45,427 nt of DNA from Ilumatobacteraceae bacterium (GTDB lineage: Bacteria; Actinomycetota; Acidimicrobiia; Acidimicrobiales; Ilumatobacteraceae), in the NCBI GenBank assembly GCA_007117775.1, contig SKFX01000039.1, forward strand, positions 1 to 45,427, read 5' to 3'. The notes beneath the pieces are model-generated. The model worked only from the letters and a program-made list of their open reading frames with translations, made no database searches and was not told the origin of the DNA. Below are positions 34,204-43,409 of the stretch, piece by piece; the stretch's first letter is position 1, and the number at the start of each line of letters is the position of its first letter. A program made the position numbers and the translations under genes.

Positions 34204-35216
34204 GCGCAACCCCCGGGACAGTCGATGCCGCCGTCGACGCGGTCTTCGCCCGCACCACCGGGCGGACGCTGGCACTGCTGGTGATGGTGGACGGTCGGGT
34301 GATGCTCGAGCGCTACGGCACCCAGCCCGCCAGCGAACTTGGCCCCGAGACCGAGATCGGGGCATCGAGCTCGTTGATCTCGTGGTCGATGGCCAAGTCG
34401 GTCACCCATGCCGCTGTCGGCATCCTGGTCGGTGACGGCCTCATCGATCTCGAGGCGCCGGCACCGGTGCGCGACTGGGCCGGGACACCCAAGGCCGCCA
34501 TCCGCCTCATCGACCTGCTCGAGATGCGCTCGGGACTGCGATTCTTGGAGGAGTACGTGCCGGGCGAGCCGTCGGACTGCATCGAGATGCTGTGGGGCTC
34601 GGGCCAGGACGACCACGCCGCCTATGCCGCCGCGCTGGCATTGGACCACGAGCCCGGGACGGTGTGGAGCTATGCATCGGGGACGACCAACATCATCTGT
34701 CGGATCATCGGCGATGTGCTCAGCGGCGACCCCGACATCCCCGCCGATGAGCGCCGCCGGGTCGTGTCTGAGTTCCTGCAGGATCGGCTCTTCACCCCGG
34801 CGGGGATGAGCGGTGCCGAAGCCAGGTTCGACACCGCCGGCAACGTCGTCGGTTCGTCGTTCGTGTTCGCGACAGCGCGCGACTATGCCGCCTTCGGCGA
34901 GCTGTATCGGCGCGACGGCGTCGGCCCCGACGGCCGACGCATCCTGCCGGAGGGCTGGGCCGAGCACGGCCGCACATTCGTGGCCCATGATCCCGACGGC
35001 ACCGGACCCAACGGCTTCGACTACGGCCGGCACTGGTGGATGTGGCCCGAGTTCCCCGGCTCGATGGCCGCCCATGGCTTCATGGGCCAATTCACCCTCG
35101 TGGTGCCCGACCGATCACTGACCTTGGTGCATCTCGGCCTCACCGAACGCGACCACAGCCGCGAACTCGTCGTCGCGCTCGGCGATGTGGTCCGCGCCGC
35201 CACACCGACGCGGTGA
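34200..35216 (+). CDS. Serine hydrolase, beta-lactamase/transpeptidase-like family
   Basis: SxxK motif in SWSMAKSVT. ATGA overlap with the DUF885 stop. Confidence 0.8.
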   Translation: MSATPGTVDAAVDAVFARTTGRTLALLVMVDGRVMLERYGTQPASELGPETEIGASSSLISWSMAKSVTHAAVGILVGDGLIDLEAPAPVRDWAGTPKAAIRLIDLLEMRSGLRFLEEYVPGEPSDCIEMLWGSGQDDHAAYAAALALDHEPGTVWSYASGTTNIICRIIGDVLSGDPDIPADERRRVVSEFLQDRLFTPAGMSGAEARFDTAGNVVGSSFVFATARDYAAFGELYRRDGVGPDGRRILPEGWAEHGRTFVAHDPDGTGPNGFDYGRHWWMWPEFPGSMAAHGFMGQFTLVVPDRSLTLVHLGLTERDHSRELVVALGDVVRAATPTR

Positions 35217-35225
35217 GTCTCCGGC

Positions 35226-37421
35226 TCAGGCCCTGACGATCTGGATGAAGGTGGTGCCGACGTCGAGTGGCACCGCAGCGCCACTGGTACGGTCGAAGAA
35301 CTCGAACGGGCCATACTGATCGGCGCGCGACCAGACCACCTCGGTGGCGCGACCATCGCGATGCACGGTCGCCGATCCGGTGCCGATGGTGATCGGATGC
35401 GGTGAGCGGGCATCGACCGGTGACGGCAGATGTGCCGCTGCGAGCACCACCACGGTGTCGGCGGCGATCTGCGCTCCTGAGACAGTGAGGTGTTCGCCAC
35501 CGGCCTGGGAGCGCAGATACCGGCCCGAGTCGCCGTCCCAGCGCCACGCGCTGCGCACACCGTCCATCGCGACCTCGAAGGAGTGCCGCTCCACCGAATT
35601 GGCTGAACGCCAAGCCGGGTCGATGCTCCACAGCGGTCGCGCCGCGCCGGCGCGTCGCTGGCGCTCGAGAGAGCAATTCGGGTCCACCAGCAGGTTGTGC
35701 GGGCCCGGTCGGGTGTCGGTGCGGGCGAAACAGGTCCCGCGCACACCGCGCTGATCAGCCAACAGGCCCGAACCCGCAGCGGAGTCAATCCACGCGGTGA
35801 CACCGGGATTGGCCCCCGAGTAGGCGAAGATCGGACGGTTCATGGCGGCCAGCAGATCCAGATCCGCGGTTCGCGCCGAACGGACCGGGCCGATCACGTC
35901 TGGCATATCGGAGTGATAGAGCGCCATGAAGCGCGTCACTCCCTCGACGTTGTACTCGATGATCGCATCGGCGCGCTCGAGCGACCATTGGGGGCGGGCT
36001 GCGCGGAAGTTGTCGATCTTGACCGCGATGATCGGCCGGAGCGACACCTCGGTGGATGCCCGCCGGCCCGTCAGCGCAGCGACACCGTCGATCGGCGGTT
36101 TCGGCTCATAGTCGGGCCACTGCGGGACGTAGCCACCCGGCCAGGTGATCTGCGTTGACGATCCCGGATGGCGGGTATCGGTGCGCTGGTTCGGGAACGA
36201 CAAGATGCCGGTCGTGGCGACCGCGTTGATATCGACGATCACATCGGCCGGTGCCGAGGTGAACAGGCAGATATCACCATCGGTGTCCGCCTCGACGATC
36301 AGACGGTTGGACACCACCGGGTCGATGGAGGAATTGAAGTTGAGATCAGAGCGTGTCGGTGATGCCTCTCCACCGGGAATCCCCTCCGCACAGGGATAGG
36401 CGGTGATGAATCCGGCGCCGCGGGTCCGGTCCACGGTCAACTGGCCGATCACGGTGCGGTTGCCACCGCGGGCTCGAGGGACGTTGACGCGCAGCACGTC
36501 ACCCGCACCGAGTGCGGGGGAGCCGGTCGCCAGCGGTCCGCGGGTGTCGGTGCGGCGGTTCGCGAACGATCCGATGCCCTCGCCGGCGACCGCATTGACA
36601 TCGATGATCAGATCGCTCGGCCGACTGGTGTACAGGCAGATATCGCCGGCGGCATCGGCTTGGACGACGAGGCGGTTGGACACCACCGGGTCGATGGCGG
36701 AGTTGAAGTTCAGATCCGAGCGGGTCGGATGGCCGGCACTCGTCGGCAGCCCGTCACGACAGGGATAGGCGGTGATGAATCCGGCACCGACGGAGCGATC
36801 GACGGTCAACTGGCCGGCGACGGTGAGGCCGCCGGCAGCCTCGGGAACCGAGACCCGTACGGTCTCGCCGACGCGCAGTGTCGGTGGGCTGTACGGGACC
36901 GGGATGCGCGTATCGGTGCGCCGGTTGTCGAATGAGGCGAATCCGGTGTCGAAGGTGACCGCGTTGACATCGACGATGAGCGCCGTCGGCCGGCTGGTGT
37001 AGAGGCAGATATCGCCGTTCGCGTCGGCCTCGACGATGAGCCGATTGGACGCCACCGGGTTGATCATGCCGTTGAAGTTGAGATCAGAGCGCGTCGGAGC
37101 GGCCTGGCCCCCGGGAATCCCTCCTGCACAGGGGTAGGCGACGATGAATCCGGCACCGAGAGCTCGGTCGACGGTCAACTGGCCGATCACCGTCTTGGCT
37201 CCGATGGCATCGGGCACATGCACCTTCAGTGATGCACCCGCTGGGACTCTCCCATCGATTCCCGGAGTCCGCATGACCGGCGCCAGCGCCGGGGGCTCGA
37301 GTACCGTCACCGGTCCGGCCACCGCTGGCACAGCTGCAACGATCGACGCGAGACCAACGACGACGACTGCAACCATCATCGCAGTGAGTGATCGCAGAGC
37401 TGGACTTGGAATCCTCGACAC
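35226..37421 (-). CDS. Secreted protein with three tandem repeats of about 122 aa plus a C-terminal DUF3048-like domain
   Basis: N-terminal signal/anchor. Repeats share GQLTVDR..GAGFI.AYPC..G.P....PTRSDLNFN...P..SNRL.V.AD..GDICL.TS.P...I.D.NAV....F.N.RTDTR. The C-terminal IIAVKIDNFRAARPQWSLERADAIIEYNVEGVTRFMALY resembles DUF3048. Confidence 0.7.
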   Translation of the reverse strand: MSRIPSPALRSLTAMMVAVVVVGLASIVAAVPAVAGPVTVLEPPALAPVMRTPGIDGRVPAGASLKVHVPDAIGAKTVIGQLTVDRALGAGFIVAYPCAGGIPGGQAAPTRSDLNFNGMINPVASNRLIVEADANGDICLYTSRPTALIVDVNAVTFDTGFASFDNRRTDTRIPVPYSPPTLRVGETVRVSVPEAAGGLTVAGQLTVDRSVGAGFITAYPCRDGLPTSAGHPTRSDLNFNSAIDPVVSNRLVVQADAAGDICLYTSRPSDLIIDVNAVAGEGIGSFANRRTDTRGPLATGSPALGAGDVLRVNVPRARGGNRTVIGQLTVDRTRGAGFITAYPCAEGIPGGEASPTRSDLNFNSSIDPVVSNRLIVEADTDGDICLFTSAPADVIVDINAVATTGILSFPNQRTDTRHPGSSTQITWPGGYVPQWPDYEPKPPIDGVAALTGRRASTEVSLRPIIAVKIDNFRAARPQWSLERADAIIEYNVEGVTRFMALYHSDMPDVIGPVRSARTADLDLLAAMNRPIFAYSGANPGVTAWIDSAAGSGLLADQRGVRGTCFARTDTRPGPHNLLVDPNCSLERQRRAGAARPLWSIDPAWRSANSVERHSFEVAMDGVRSAWRWDGDSGRYLRSQAGGEHLTVSGAQIAADTVVVLAAAHLPSPVDARSPHPITIGTGSATVHRDGRATEVVWSRADQYGPFEFFDRTSGAAVPLDVGTTFIQIVRA
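36171..37268 (-). repeat. Three in-frame coding tandem repeats, period about 366-372 nt
   Basis: Repeat units span about 37268-36906, 36905-36540 and 36539-36171. They are also visible as three near-identical antisense ORF starts (M)MNPAP..RSTVNWP.TV at 36403, 36772 and 37144. Confidence 0.8.
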
Positions 37422-37472
37422 GGTCGCGAACGGTATCTGGCCCCCTACAGGGCTGTGGCGCGGCCTGGGGAT

Positions 37473-38441
37473 TCAGTTCACACGCTGGGCCGCTGCGCTG
37501 GCCTCTGCATCGTTCCTGGCGTGCATCTCGGCTCGCAGTGCACGCATCGTGGTCGCATGAAACGATCCCTCGGCCTGCTGGTCGGCGAGCCAAGCGGTCC
37601 AGTGGGGATCGGAGAACGCACGGTACTCATCGGTGCGCACATGGTGGCAGTCGGGATCGATCACCTCGATTTCACCGGGCCCGGGCCGGCACGGGTGCAG
37701 GGCTGCATAGACCAGATCGTCGTCGCCGAGGCCTGCGGTGCCGGTGAGGAGTTGATCGCGATAGTCAGCGGGTGTACCGGCGGGGCGGGCGAAGTCGGTC
37801 TCAAGTACCCGGGTGAACACCGACTGGCCGCTGGTGCGCGCCGCAGCGACGAACTCGGCGAACCGATCTGGGTCGACGTCACCGAGATGGCGATGCGGAC
37901 CGTAGGCGTCGAGGGTGTCGGTGATCAGCACCGGGAGGTCGTACTCGCCTGCGAGGCCGACGTAGCGGTCGCACCATTCCGGTGCCAGTGCCGAACCCAT
38001 ATGGGTGTCGAGATGGGTGATGTCTGCACCGGTCGCAAGCGCCCGGTCGATCTGGGAGCGCCATTCGGCCTCGACGGCATCGGGATGGGCATGGGCGCGC
38101 ACCTCAGCGACGGTGCGCCACAGGTACCCGTCGTCATCGACGAGGCCGGCGGCGGCCGAATGGGTGCCGGTGGGACCCCAGCGGTAGTGGCGCTGTTCGG
38201 CGTTGAGGGTCAGATGCACCCCGAGATCGAGTGTGGGATCCGCAGCGGCGGCCTCGAGGATTCCCGATGACCACGGACACGGGACCATCACCGACCCAGC
38301 CGACACCGCCCCACGTCGTGAGAGCTCCACGAACGCCGCGCTGGCGCCGTGGCACATCGCGACATCGTCGACGTGGATCACCAGCCGAGGACCTGATTTC
38401 CGAATATTTTCACTGGTCACCGCGGTGTTGCTTGGCATCAT
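37473..38441 (-). CDS. ChbG/HpnK (YdjC-like) family carbohydrate deacetylase
   Basis: LVIHVDDVAMCHGASAAF (DD metal/base motif), VHLTLN and ITHLDTHMG motifs. Confidence 0.7.
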   Translation of the reverse strand: MMPSNTAVTSENIRKSGPRLVIHVDDVAMCHGASAAFVELSRRGAVSAGSVMVPCPWSSGILEAAAADPTLDLGVHLTLNAEQRHYRWGPTGTHSAAAGLVDDDGYLWRTVAEVRAHAHPDAVEAEWRSQIDRALATGADITHLDTHMGSALAPEWCDRYVGLAGEYDLPVLITDTLDAYGPHRHLGDVDPDRFAEFVAAARTSGQSVFTRVLETDFARPAGTPADYRDQLLTGTAGLGDDDLVYAALHPCRPGPGEIEVIDPDCHHVRTDEYRAFSDPHWTAWLADQQAEGSFHATTMRALRAEMHARNDAEASAAAQRVN

Positions 38442-38512
38442 CCCAGCGTAGACGGCTTATGAACAGGCCCACGGATCGGCGGCCGTATCGACATCGATGG
38501 GTCGTGTGGCGC

Positions 38513-38518
38513 TAATCT
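38513..38518 (+). promoter_or_regulatory. -10-like TAATCT 7 nt upstream of the PhyH ATG (38526)
   Basis: Read directly; there is no SD between the hexamer and the ATG. Confidence 0.35.
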
Positions 38519-38525
38519 GCGCGCC

Positions 38526-39416
38526 ATGGGGGCATTGCAACTGACCCGTCTGTCACCCGAGTCCACGATCGCAGAGGTCACCGACCATCTGGCGCGCCAC
38601 GGCTACGCGATCGTCGAGGATCTGCTCGACGACGAGACCATGGACCGACTCGCCACCGAGGCCGAGCCCTACATCGCAGCGTCTGCCACCGGGCGCGACC
38701 ACTATGACGGTCACCAGACCCGTCGTACCGGAGCGTTGGTGGCGCGCTGTCCGACGGCGCGCCAGCTGGTGATGCATCCATTGGCGCTCGGGGTCGCCCA
38801 ATCGTTCTTGGGCCACGCGTCCGCGGTGCAGTTGCACCTCACCCAGATCATCACCATCGGGCCGGGTGAGACAGAGCAGAAACTGCACCGCGATCAGATG
38901 GCCTTCGACTGCTATCCGTTCCCGGCTGACTACCACGTGCAGTGCAACACCATGTGGGCGCTGACCGACTTCACCGCCGCCAACGGCGGCACCCACATCC
39001 TCCCGGACACCTCGACCATCGATGAGGCCGAGGGCCTCGCGATGGTGGGCGGCCAAGTGGAGATGCGGCGCGGCAGCGTGCTCTTCTACGACGGCAAAGT
39101 GCTCCACGGTGGTGGTGCCAACACCACCGATCAGGTCCGCCAGGGTGTCAACATCACCTATTCGGTCGGTTGGGTGCGCCAGGAGGAGAACCAGTACCTG
39201 GCCTGTCCTCCCGAGGTGGCGCGCACCCTCGATGATGACCTGCTGCGCGTCATGGGCTATCAGCAGGGAGCCTTCGCCCTCGGCTATGTCGGTGACCAGA
39301 CCGATGCGCTGGCCGCACTGCGCGGCGAGACCACCAAGGTGAAGGTGGTCTCGGAATTCGCTGAGAACAACGATGGTTATGCCGACTTCGTCGCCGATCT
39401 CGATACAGCGACGTGA
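38526..39416 (+). CDS. Phytanoyl-CoA dioxygenase (PhyH) family Fe(II)/2OG oxygenase
   Basis: KLHRDQM (HxD), NGGTHILPDT, VLHGGGAN and RQGVNITY. Confidence 0.8.
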   Translation: MGALQLTRLSPESTIAEVTDHLARHGYAIVEDLLDDETMDRLATEAEPYIAASATGRDHYDGHQTRRTGALVARCPTARQLVMHPLALGVAQSFLGHASAVQLHLTQIITIGPGETEQKLHRDQMAFDCYPFPADYHVQCNTMWALTDFTAANGGTHILPDTSTIDEAEGLAMVGGQVEMRRGSVLFYDGKVLHGGGANTTDQVRQGVNITYSVGWVRQEENQYLACPPEVARTLDDDLLRVMGYQQGAFALGYVGDQTDALAALRGETTKVKVVSEFAENNDGYADFVADLDTAT

Positions 39417-39439
39417 CCCCCTTCACCCCAGGAGTTCCA

Positions 39440-40660
39440 ATGATCCGTGATGACTCTCCCCGCTACGACTATCTCGGCGAGACCGATTTCGACCTCGATG
39501 CCTTCGTCGCGCTCATCGACGAACCCACCGATCCGGCCCGGGTGCCGGGTGCGATCGAGATCATCGACCGGATCCCGGTCTATGACGGCGCCGTGATCGA
39601 CTCGCTCCTCGGCGGCTTCGACCATGACCCATATGACGCTCCGGTCGATCCGGTGGTGATCCGCGAGCTCATGGCCGAGTGGGCGTGGGCGCTCGGGTCC
39701 GGCCCGGGGGCGCTGGTGGTGCGCGGCGCGATCCGCGACCTGGAATTGTTGGACGCGGTCTCGGCGGTGTTCTCCTCGATCATCAAATCAGAACGCGACC
39801 GCGCCGGCGTTCACGGCGACCATTTCGCCGCGGCCGGTGCCAATGACCGCATCTGGAACTCGCACGAGAAGCTGTGCCTGGCGAATCCGGAGTTGTTCAT
39901 GGGGTATGCCTCGACGCCGACGATCGCGTTCGCCGCACTGGCATGGCTCGGGCCGCACTACCAGATCACCACCCAGGTCAACGTGGTCAAACCCGGTGCC
40001 GACGCCCAGCGTCCGCACCGCGATTACCACCTCGGCTTCTACACCCCCGATGAGACCCTCGAGTTCCCGGTACATGTCCATGAGATGTCGTCGATGTTGA
40101 CTCTGCAGGGCGCCATCGCACATGACGACATCCCCGTCGAGATGGGTCCGACCAAGATCCTCGCCAACTCTCAGCGCTACACGGCGGGCTTCGCGATCTC
40201 TGAGCGGGCGCGGTTCTCGGAGATCTTCGAGGAGCGCTGTGTGCAGATCCCGATGTCCAAAGGCGATGCACTGTTGTTCAATCCGGCGGTGCTGCACGCG
40301 GCGGGCGATAACCGCACACCGGACCGGCCGCGGATGGCGAACCTGATGCAGTTGTGCTCGGCGTTCACCCGTGCCCTCGAGCACCGCGACACCGATGCGA
40401 TGTGCCGGGTGGTGTATCCGCACCTGCGCGCCGCGGTCGATGCCGACACGATCGGTCACGGTGCCAGGCGTCGGGTGGTGGCCGCCTGTGCCGAGGGCTA
40501 CGCCTTCCCGACCTCACTCGACACCGATCCGTCGCTGAAGGGACTCGCCCCTGACAGCCAGGCCCAGATCATGGCCCTCGCGCTCGCCGAGTCCTGGGAT
40601 CCGGACCGCTTCGGCGCCGCGCTCGACGAGCGCAACCGTCGCCGTCCCCAGGGCGCCTGA
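39440..40660 (+). CDS. PhyH-like Fe(II)/2OG oxygenase with an extended N-terminal region
   Basis: RPHRDYH (HxD), GPTKILANS, VLHAAGDN and RMANLMQ. AGGAG lies 5 nt before ATG 39440. The alternative is GTG 39413, which overlaps the upstream stop. Confidence 0.6.
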   Translation: MIRDDSPRYDYLGETDFDLDAFVALIDEPTDPARVPGAIEIIDRIPVYDGAVIDSLLGGFDHDPYDAPVDPVVIRELMAEWAWALGSGPGALVVRGAIRDLELLDAVSAVFSSIIKSERDRAGVHGDHFAAAGANDRIWNSHEKLCLANPELFMGYASTPTIAFAALAWLGPHYQITTQVNVVKPGADAQRPHRDYHLGFYTPDETLEFPVHVHEMSSMLTLQGAIAHDDIPVEMGPTKILANSQRYTAGFAISERARFSEIFEERCVQIPMSKGDALLFNPAVLHAAGDNRTPDRPRMANLMQLCSAFTRALEHRDTDAMCRVVYPHLRAAVDADTIGHGARRRVVAACAEGYAFPTSLDTDPSLKGLAPDSQAQIMALALAESWDPDRFGAALDERNRRRPQGA

Positions 40661-40666
40661 GTGCGG

Positions 40667-41527
40667 TCAGCTGCGCAACTGTTCGATCCGGTCGATGCGC
40701 GGCCGGGTGATCAACGTGTAGGTGTCTGCGATGGCGCGTTCGCGGTGGCGCTGCTGGGCCTCGAGGCGGGCCGGGTCGTTGACCACGACCAGGAACGCCG
40801 CCAGTGACGGGAAGGCGTTGAAGCGCACCTGATGCCAGACGCGGCCGTCGCCGACGATGGTGCCCTCGACCCCGAACCAGCCGGCGATACGCACCCCCTG
40901 TTCGACCGCCACCGTCGCCGCCGCATCGGAGTAGCGGCGCATCTCATCGGGGGTGACCATGGCCGGGTCATCGGCGGTGCCGTCGATCTCGAAGCTGACG
41001 ACATGGATGACCATGACCGGGCCATCGGACTCGCTCGGCGGATTCGGCACCTGGTCCCAGGGTCGCACCTGATCGGGGGAGGCCTGCGGGAACCCGATCG
41101 GTACACAGCCCATGACGATCGTCTGCTCCATACCGGCGTCCTTGTGGACGTGCTGTTGTTGGAAGTCGTCGCGCTGTTGCATCTCGATGAACGAACGCCG
41201 GGTCGGATAGCGGACCACACCGACACGGTCCCAGCGCGGCTCGGGGTTCAGCGCCTGGATCTCGACATCGCCGAAGAAGGCCACCTCGGCACCGATCTCG
41301 GCCAGCACCCCGACCGGGGCGTAGCGGTCATCGGCTGCAGCGCCGCTGACCGGCGCGCTGTTATCTGCACCGCCAGCGCCATAGTCGGCGACCTCGCGGT
41401 ACTTCATCAGGTTCACCATCCAGATCGGGCCGTCGTCGGCCGGGTCACAGGTCGCGAGGTGCAGGCCGTAGTCGCGGTCCACGGTGCCGTAACGCACCTG
41501 ATCGGTCCGTCGGGCATCGGCCATCAC
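40667..41527 (-). CDS. Protein with two tandem DUF1330-like (dimeric alpha/beta-barrel) domains
   Basis: Each half carries a pattern like VVRYPTRRSFIEMQQRDDFQ..HVHKDAGMEQTIVMG and VRFNAFPSLAAFLVVVNDPARLE..RHRERAIADTYTLI, reminiscent of DUF1330. Confidence 0.5.
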   Translation of the reverse strand: MMADARRTDQVRYGTVDRDYGLHLATCDPADDGPIWMVNLMKYREVADYGAGGADNSAPVSGAAADDRYAPVGVLAEIGAEVAFFGDVEIQALNPEPRWDRVGVVRYPTRRSFIEMQQRDDFQQQHVHKDAGMEQTIVMGCVPIGFPQASPDQVRPWDQVPNPPSESDGPVMVIHVVSFEIDGTADDPAMVTPDEMRRYSDAAATVAVEQGVRIAGWFGVEGTIVGDGRVWHQVRFNAFPSLAAFLVVVNDPARLEAQQRHRERAIADTYTLITRPRIDRIEQLRS

Positions 41528-42462
41528 GTACCCCCGCGATGAGAGATCAGGCCGTTGATGATCTCAGCGAGACGCTCGGGTGCGTCCTCCTGCAAGAAAT
41601 GATGTGCCTCCTCCACGGTGGTGTGGGCTTGGCCGCGGGTGCCGGGAACCTTGCGCAGGAAGATCTGGTCGCCGCCGCGCGTCACCGGATCCGAATCGCT
41701 GAAGCACAGCAGCATCGGCTTGGTCCACGCCTCGAGCACCTCCCAGGCAGCCTGATTCGCAGTCGCGGCCGGGTCATCTGGCCCGGTCGGCACCAATGAC
41801 GGGAAGATACGCGCCCCGGCCTTGTAGGTGTCGTCGGGGAACGGTGCGTCATAGGCGGCGATCTCATCGAGTGACAGCTCGCGCACCGTGGCGGCGTTGA
41901 TCAGGAATCCGATATCGAACACCGGGGTCTCGCGCGAGAACTTCTGCCAGGCCATGAAGGCGTCGCTGAGCGGACTGAGTCCGGTTGGCAGGCCGGTGTT
42001 GGCCAGCACGATGCGCGCGAAGCGATCCGGATCGCTGGCGAGCACCCGCAGGCCGACGAGGCCGCCCCAGTCCTGGCCGAAGAAGGTGACGTCGGTGAGA
42101 TCGAGATGATCGAACAGCAACGCCTGCATCCAGGCGACATGGCGGCCATAGGTGTAGTCGCCGGTGTCGGCGGGCTTGTCGCTGCGACCGAACCCGACCA
42201 GGTCCGGGACCACGACCCGGTGACCGGCGGCCACCAGCGGGCCGATCATGTCTCGATACAGATAGCTCCATGACGGCTCACCGTGCAGTAACAGCACCGT
42301 CTCTCCCGACGCCGGACCGGCCGGTGACTCATCGAGATAGTGGATGCGCAACGTCTCGCCGTCGGGGGCCTCGGGGGTGGCGGACACCTCGACATAGTGC
42401 GGGGCGAACCCGTAGCCGGGGAGATCGGCGAAACGCTCATCGGGTGTTCTCAGGATGTGCAT
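41524..42462 (-). CDS. Haloalkane dehalogenase, HLD-I (DhlA-like) subfamily
   Basis: IRTPDERFADLPGY.F.PHY, LLLHGEPSWSYLYR, PDLVGFGRSDKP, GQDWGG (Asp nucleophile) and AHHFLQED (catalytic His) run parallel to Xanthobacter DhlA as I recall it. Confidence 0.8.
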   Translation of the reverse strand: MHILRTPDERFADLPGYGFAPHYVEVSATPEAPDGETLRIHYLDESPAGPASGETVLLLHGEPSWSYLYRDMIGPLVAAGHRVVVPDLVGFGRSDKPADTGDYTYGRHVAWMQALLFDHLDLTDVTFFGQDWGGLVGLRVLASDPDRFARIVLANTGLPTGLSPLSDAFMAWQKFSRETPVFDIGFLINAATVRELSLDEIAAYDAPFPDDTYKAGARIFPSLVPTGPDDPAATANQAAWEVLEAWTKPMLLCFSDSDPVTRGGDQIFLRKVPGTRGQAHTTVEEAHHFLQEDAPERLAEIINGLISHRGGT

Positions 42463-42491
42463 GATGGATACCTCTTCGTTCGATGGTTCGG

Positions 42492-43409
42492 TCAGGTCGT
42501 TGAATCAGAGATCGGCAGTTCGATGCGGTGGAGGTCGTCGCCGACGTCGATGCGGCCGTCGAAGTGCGCGGCGGCGAGATCGCGCCACTGTGAGCGGGCT
42601 GCATCGTCACCGGGTGGGATCGCCGGCACGTAATGGGTGAGTGCCAGCACCCCCACACCGGCGCCCGCCGCGGTCTGGGCGGCCTGTTCAGGTGATGAGT
42701 GATAGTCCAAGGTGTCGAGCAACCGCTGGATGGGGATCTGGGCGATGATGTCTTTTCTGATGACAGTGTGCACCAGCACATCCGCGCCCCGACTGAGTGC
42801 GTCGAGGCCGTCGCAGGGCACGGTGTCACCAGCCAGCACCACTGACGCACCCCGAGGTGTCGCGATCCGGTATCCGATCGACGGCTCGACCGGGCGGTGG
42901 TCGGTCGCCGCGGCGCTGATCATGAGATCCACACCGGCGATCGCAACGTCGACGAGGGCGTCAGATCCTGGGGTGACCGCCAGTTCGGTGACCTCGACGA
43001 GCGGGGGTTGCGCGAGGTCGTCGTGATGGTCCATGCGATAGCAGATATCGGGCCCGAGGGCCTCGAGCAGATGGTGCACGACGCGCTCGGTGCCGACCGG
43101 GCCGATGATGCGCAGCGGTGTCGGCTCGAAGGTGGTCACCCAGTGGCTGGTGATGACATCGCTGAGATCGGTGATGTGGTCAGAGTGCAGATGGGTCAAC
43201 AGCACCGCATCGAGAGCCGATACCGGCACCATCGCCGCGGCGAGACGCATCACCACGGCGCGACCGGCGTCGATCAGCAGTTGGGCACCACCGGCCGACA
43301 CCAGCTGTGATGGCCCGGCGCGATGCGCGTCGGGGAGCGGTCCACCGGTGCCGAGGAGTGTCAGCACCAGATCGGGGGTGCTGTTCTCTGGAATCGCAGT
43401 ATCACTCAT
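42492..43409 (-). CDS. MBL-fold metallo-hydrolase (RNase Z/ElaC-like)
   Basis: [11 protein letters not shown] motif. N-terminal LLGTGGP...LIDAGR. Overlaps the sulfatase gene end by 4 nt. Confidence 0.75.
   Translation of the reverse strand: MSDTAIPENSTPDLVLTLLGTGGPLPDAHRAGPSQLVSAGGAQLLIDAGRAVVMRLAAAMVPVSALDAVLLTHLHSDHITDLSDVITSHWVTTFEPTPLRIIGPVGTERVVHHLLEALGPDICYRMDHHDDLAQPPLVEVTELAVTPGSDALVDVAIAGVDLMISAAATDHRPVEPSIGYRIATPRGASVVLAGDTVPCDGLDALSRGADVLVHTVIRKDIIAQIPIQRLLDTLDYHSSPEQAAQTAAGAGVGVLALTHYVPAIPPGDDAARSQWRDLAAAHFDGRIDVGDDLHRIELPISDSTT

Noticed and set aside
38402-38412. AT-rich GAATATTTTC resembling the GAA..TTC elements
   Set aside because: It lies inside the YdjC-like coding region (codons for SENIRK), about 30 nt downstream of the start. 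There is no alternative downstream start upstream of the conserved DD motif. It is probably coincidental codon usage.
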